Positions 61,156 through 64,000 of a DNA stretch of 64,000 nt are shown here, piece by piece; the stretch's first letter is position 1; the number at the start of each line of letters is the position of its first letter. The DNA lies in the NCBI GenBank assembly GCA_016192685.1, contig JACPTS010000001.1, positions 161,710 through 225,709 on the forward strand, read 5' to 3'. The DNA comes from Candidatus Harrisonbacteria bacterium. Lineage in GTDB: Bacteria > Patescibacteriota > Minisyncoccia > UBA6257 > 02-FULL-45-10c. A model generated the notes under the pieces. It did no database searches, was not told the DNA's origin, and saw nothing but the letters and a program-made list of their open reading frames with translations. Position numbers and translations under genes: made by a program.

Positions 61156-61431
61156 TTACTTTACTGCTTCTTTCAAAGCTTTTCCGGCTTTAAATTTCAC
61201 CCGAATAGAAGCTGGAATAGTCAAGCTTTCTCCGGTTTTGGGATTCCGGCCGGAACGGGCTGCTGCTTTTCTGGTAGAAAAAGTTCCAAATCCGGTCATA
61301 GTTACTTCTTCCCCGCGAGCCAGTGACTTCGTCACCGCGGCAAAAACCGCCTCCACCGCCTTCTGCGCTTGTTTTTTTGTCCCGCACTTCGCCGCCTTTA
61401 ACACGGCTTGTACTAAATTTTCTTTGGTCAT
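61156..61431 (-). CDS. hup: DNA-binding protein HU
   Basis: MTKENL, GFGTF, RSGRNPKTGE, KFKAGKALK. Confidence 0.95.
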   Translation of the reverse strand: MTKENLVQAVLKAAKCGTKKQAQKAVEAVFAAVTKSLARGEEVTMTGFGTFSTRKAAARSGRNPKTGESLTIPASIRVKFKAGKALKEAVK

Positions 61432-61592
61432 GTTTTTAATTATACCAAATAAAAAACAAAAATTAAATTGAATTTCAAAATTCTTATTCAACCATTCCCT
61501 GCCTGCCGGCAGGCAGGGATCTAATTAGAGAAAATAAGAAATAAAAAAACCGCTGGGCAAAGGAAGTCAGACTTCCCAAGCCAAGCGGCTTT

Positions 61593-61841
61593 TTATTTAT
61601 AAATTTTATCCCGCGGACCCACCTCTAATAAAAGAATTTCTCTTTCGTTAAGAAATTTGAAAATAATCCTAAACTTACCGACTCGGACTTTATATTTACC
61701 AACCAAATCTTCACGCAATGACTCAATTTTTACTGTACCACTTTCTAATCTTTCTAATTTCTTTTTAACTTGTAATTGAATCGTGTGATCAAGTTTCTTT
61801 ACAGAATCCAAAAAACTATTGCCAAAATGCAATAAGTACAT
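61593..61841 (-). CDS. RelE/ParE family toxin
   Basis: YKVRVGKFRIIF, VGPRDKIY. Confidence 0.85.
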   Translation of the reverse strand: MYLLHFGNSFLDSVKKLDHTIQLQVKKKLERLESGTVKIESLREDLVGKYKVRVGKFRIIFKFLNEREILLLEVGPRDKIYK

Positions 61842-61847
61842 AAAAAA

Positions 61848-62075
61848 TTAAGAAAGCAGCATCTTCAAAAAGGTCTTGGAATTAAACCGATATTTTGGTT
61901 TTTCTATTTCGGCTTTCAAGACCCTTTTAACAAATTCTGGGCGGTATTCACCTTCGGAATCTTTTGCTTTACGCAAAAGTGGGGCGATAAACTCCTTAAT
62001 TAATTCTTGTTTAAGCTCTTCTTTTAGCTCTCTTTTTAATTTTTGTATTGTTGCCGTACTCATAATTACTTTCAT
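61848..62075 (-). CDS. Putative antitoxin
   Basis: Small ORF directly upstream of RelE-like gene; EGEYRPEFV motif. Confidence 0.65.
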   Translation of the reverse strand: MKVIMSTATIQKLKRELKEELKQELIKEFIAPLLRKAKDSEGEYRPEFVKRVLKAEIEKPKYRFNSKTFLKMLLS

Positions 62076-62133
62076 TATAGCAAAAAATAAAAACTGGTCA
62101 AATGCCGTAATTTAAAAACAAAAAACCGCTTAG

Positions 62134-62436
62134 CTAGCAGCTTTTTAATGAAAGTTCTTTAATATGACCGGATTTAAGCATAATGTTTAAGAAGCTACGA
62201 CATCTTGCCTCATGCGTTTTTCCTCTAAGATAATCCTTCCCAAACTCTGCCGACCTTACCGCTTTTGCAAGATAACTCATGTAATCAGCTTTTGTCCTTA
62301 CTTTTAAAAATGGGCTTCGATCTTTAAACATGTGGTCAACAATTTCTGTCGGCGTGCCAACGGCCAACCCATTCATTCGGCAAGAATATCCGGAATGATA
62401 TCGAATTTTCATTACTTTCTCCTTCTGCTTTTTCAT
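62134..62436 (-). CDS. Hypothetical protein
   Basis: SD AGAGGAG, TTGACG upstream. Confidence 0.6.
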   Translation of the reverse strand: MKKQKEKVMKIRYHSGYSCRMNGLAVGTPTEIVDHMFKDRSPFLKVRTKADYMSYLAKAVRSAEFGKDYLRGKTHEARCRSFLNIMLKSGHIKELSLKSC

Positions 62437-62569
62437 TATGGTCTCTCCTCTTTCTATTATCGATTTACTATCTCATAGATTACTTTAACTGAATCGTTGC
62501 GTCAAGTTCAAAAAACAAAAAACCCCGCACTGTTAGTGACGGGGCAGACCACTGGGCGAACCCAAGAAC

Positions 62570-62609
62570 ATTTGTCTAACCTTTTGCGATCGCAAAAGGT
62601 TAGACAAAT
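62570..62609. repeat. Perfect 40-bp palindrome
   Basis: atttgtctaaccttttgcga|tcgcaaaaggttagacaaat. Confidence 0.95.
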
Positions 62610-62683
62610 CATCAAAAAAACAAAAACCCCCGTAAATTTCATACGGGGGTGGGGCACTGAGTTTATCCAAAGCGGTCTTGGAT

Positions 62684-62908
62684 TTATGAGCTACCCAATA
62701 ACTTGCGCAGCCGGGAATCCCGCTTTTTCTTAATTTCGACGATCTTCGCCTTAATCTCGGCTTTCTCGCTTGCTCTTGAAGAGATATAAAATCCTACGGC
62801 ATCGCGAATCTGGTCAGCAGTCGTGGTATTGTCCAGTTCTGCAAGCGCAAGGAGTAGATCAAGTTGTTCATTATCTAACCTAATAGAAACAATGGTTCTC
62901 TCGCTCAT
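62684..62908 (-). CDS. Ribbon-helix-helix (CopG-like) protein
   Basis: VSIRLDNEQLDLL..LA.....ADQIRDAV; SD AGAGGG. Confidence 0.7.
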   Translation of the reverse strand: MSERTIVSIRLDNEQLDLLLALAELDNTTTADQIRDAVGFYISSRASEKAEIKAKIVEIKKKRDSRLRKLLGSS

Positions 62909-63018
62909 TTCATCCCTCTTTTGGAATCTAAAAAGAGGATAACAAAACAATATTTAATTGTCAAATTCTAGAAAATTTAAATTCAACTAAACGAGGTTGA
63001 ATTTTCTAAAACTAAAAT

Positions 63019-63168
63019 AAAACCAGCTTGCATGTTTCGTAGAGCAACTACGGAAGCGCCAAAAGATTGGTGTCCTGCGAAGCAGGACTTTTGGCGCTGA
63101 GGCGTAGGCGCGGTCGCCCGCTGGAGGCGACCGACGCCGGTGCTCATAGAAATATACGAGCTGGTTTT
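63019..63168 (+). repeat. ~150-nt structured element, copy C (just downstream of rny stop)
   Basis: Covarying stems, conserved linkers. Confidence 0.9.
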
Positions 63169-63187
63169 TAAAATTGGTTCGGAAAAA

Positions 63188-64000
63188 CTAACGAGCCACC
63201 TCCACTGCCCGCATCTCACGGATAACATTCACCTTAATCTCGCCCGGATATTTCATATCGGTCTGGATTTTATGGGCAATATTTTTTGCCAGTTCCAAAG
63301 CGCCAAAATCATCCACTTTTTCCGGAATCACGAAAACTCGCACTTCCCGTCCCGCGGAAAGCGCGTAAGCATTTTTCACGCCCGGAAAACCAGTGGCAAT
63401 TTTTTCCAAATCTCCCAGCCGCTTTATATAATTTTCCACTGTTCCCCTCCGGGCGCCCGGACGAGCCGCCGACAAAACATCGGCCGCGGTAACAATAAAT
63501 GATTCCGGATTGGAATAGGGATACTCTTCATGATGCGACTGCATGGCTTTAATAATTTCTTCATCAATGCCGTATTTTTGCAAAATTTTCCGGCCCAATT
63601 CCACGTGCGTTCCCTCCACTTCATGGTCAATGGCTTTCCCAATGTCATGAAGCAAAGCGCCTTTTTTCGCCACCTCAACCCGCGCTCCAAGCTCTGCCGC
63701 AATAATGGCGGAAATATGCGCCATTTCAATGGAATGGACTAAAACATTCTGGCCAAAACTGGTCCGGAAATAAAGCCGGCCCAAAAGCTGGATAATTTCT
63801 TTCGGCAAACCGACTACGCCGACTTCCAATGCCGTATTCTCGCCGATTTCCACCATTCGCTTATTTAACTCATTTTTCGCTTCTTCCACTTTTTCTTCAA
63901 TTTTTGCCGGCTGAATCCGGCCGTCCTTAATCAATCTCTCCAGCGCCATGCGCGCGGTTTCCCGGCGCAGCGGGTCAAAAGAAGAAAGCACAATCGTGTC
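63188..64000 (-). CDS. rny: Ribonuclease Y, C-terminal part
   Basis: RTSFGQNVL.HS, LLHDIGK, SAARPGAR, AGREVRV, YPGEIKVNVIRE. Confidence 0.95.
   Translation of the reverse strand, partial: DTIVLSSFDPLRRETARMALERLIKDGRIQPAKIEEKVEEAKNELNKRMVEIGENTALEVGVVGLPKEIIQLLGRLYFRTSFGQNVLVHSIEMAHISAIIAAELGARVEVAKKGALLHDIGKAIDHEVEGTHVELGRKILQKYGIDEEIIKAMQSHHEEYPYSNPESFIVTAADVLSAARPGARRGTVENYIKRLGDLEKIATGFPGVKNAYALSAGREVRVFVIPEKVDDFGALELAKNIAHKIQTDMKYPGEIKVNVIREMRAVEVAR

Noticed and set aside
62570-62609. Integron attC site
   Set aside because: Has RYYYAAC/GTTRRRY ends but spans only 32 bp, lacks extrahelical bases, is single-copy, and no integrase is in view
44138-63168. 150-nt element as hammerhead, T-box or group I/II intron
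   Set aside because: No CUGANGA/GAAA core in correct geometry, bulge is GMUUGGU not UGGNACC, no P7 or domain V, and the favoured fold is antisense to host genes
41756-63228. ORFs 41756-41941, 46892-47101, 57623-57808, 58798-58989, 58807-59040, 62983-63228
   Set aside because: Read-throughs of GC-rich palindromes or tRNA genes, no protein motifs
1-64000. UGA recoding (code 25)
   Set aside because: Genes are full length in the standard code and several end in TGA overlapping the next ATG

Overview
AT-rich bacterial chromosome segment in the standard genetic code. Gene content and organisation suggest Patescibacteria/CPR (Parcubacteria-like); this is an inference. 1-33.5 kb is a surface-glycosylation island (8 GT4, 4 GT2, 7 multi-TM GT-C/ArnT-like, 4 methyltransferase domains, deacetylase, UDP-GlcA decarboxylase, RmlA-like) next to a 1212-aa S-layer-like gene. 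37.5-54 kb is housekeeping (clpB with a perfect CIRCE, cysteine desulfurase, PMM, ftsK, recA, folD, yvcK). 54.7-59.3 kb holds tRNA-His, tRNA-Phe split by a 229-nt group I intron, tRNA-Arg, -Pro and -Gly, plus free-standing LAGLIDADG and GIY-YIG nucleases. ECF sigma, HU, a RelBE-like pair and rny follow. The most unusual signal is repeat DNA written into genes without breaking frame. (i) A ~150-nt multibranch element has fully covarying stems and fixed linkers; two copies are in-frame inside enzymes, one abuts the rny stop, and two relatives lie elsewhere. (ii) About 20 degenerate 7-nt and 9-nt tandem arrays occur, five of them replacing the same helix of paralogous GT4 enzymes at constant protein length. 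(iii) 20-40-nt palindromes are inserted in-frame. All calls are by eye; no database search or folding program was run.
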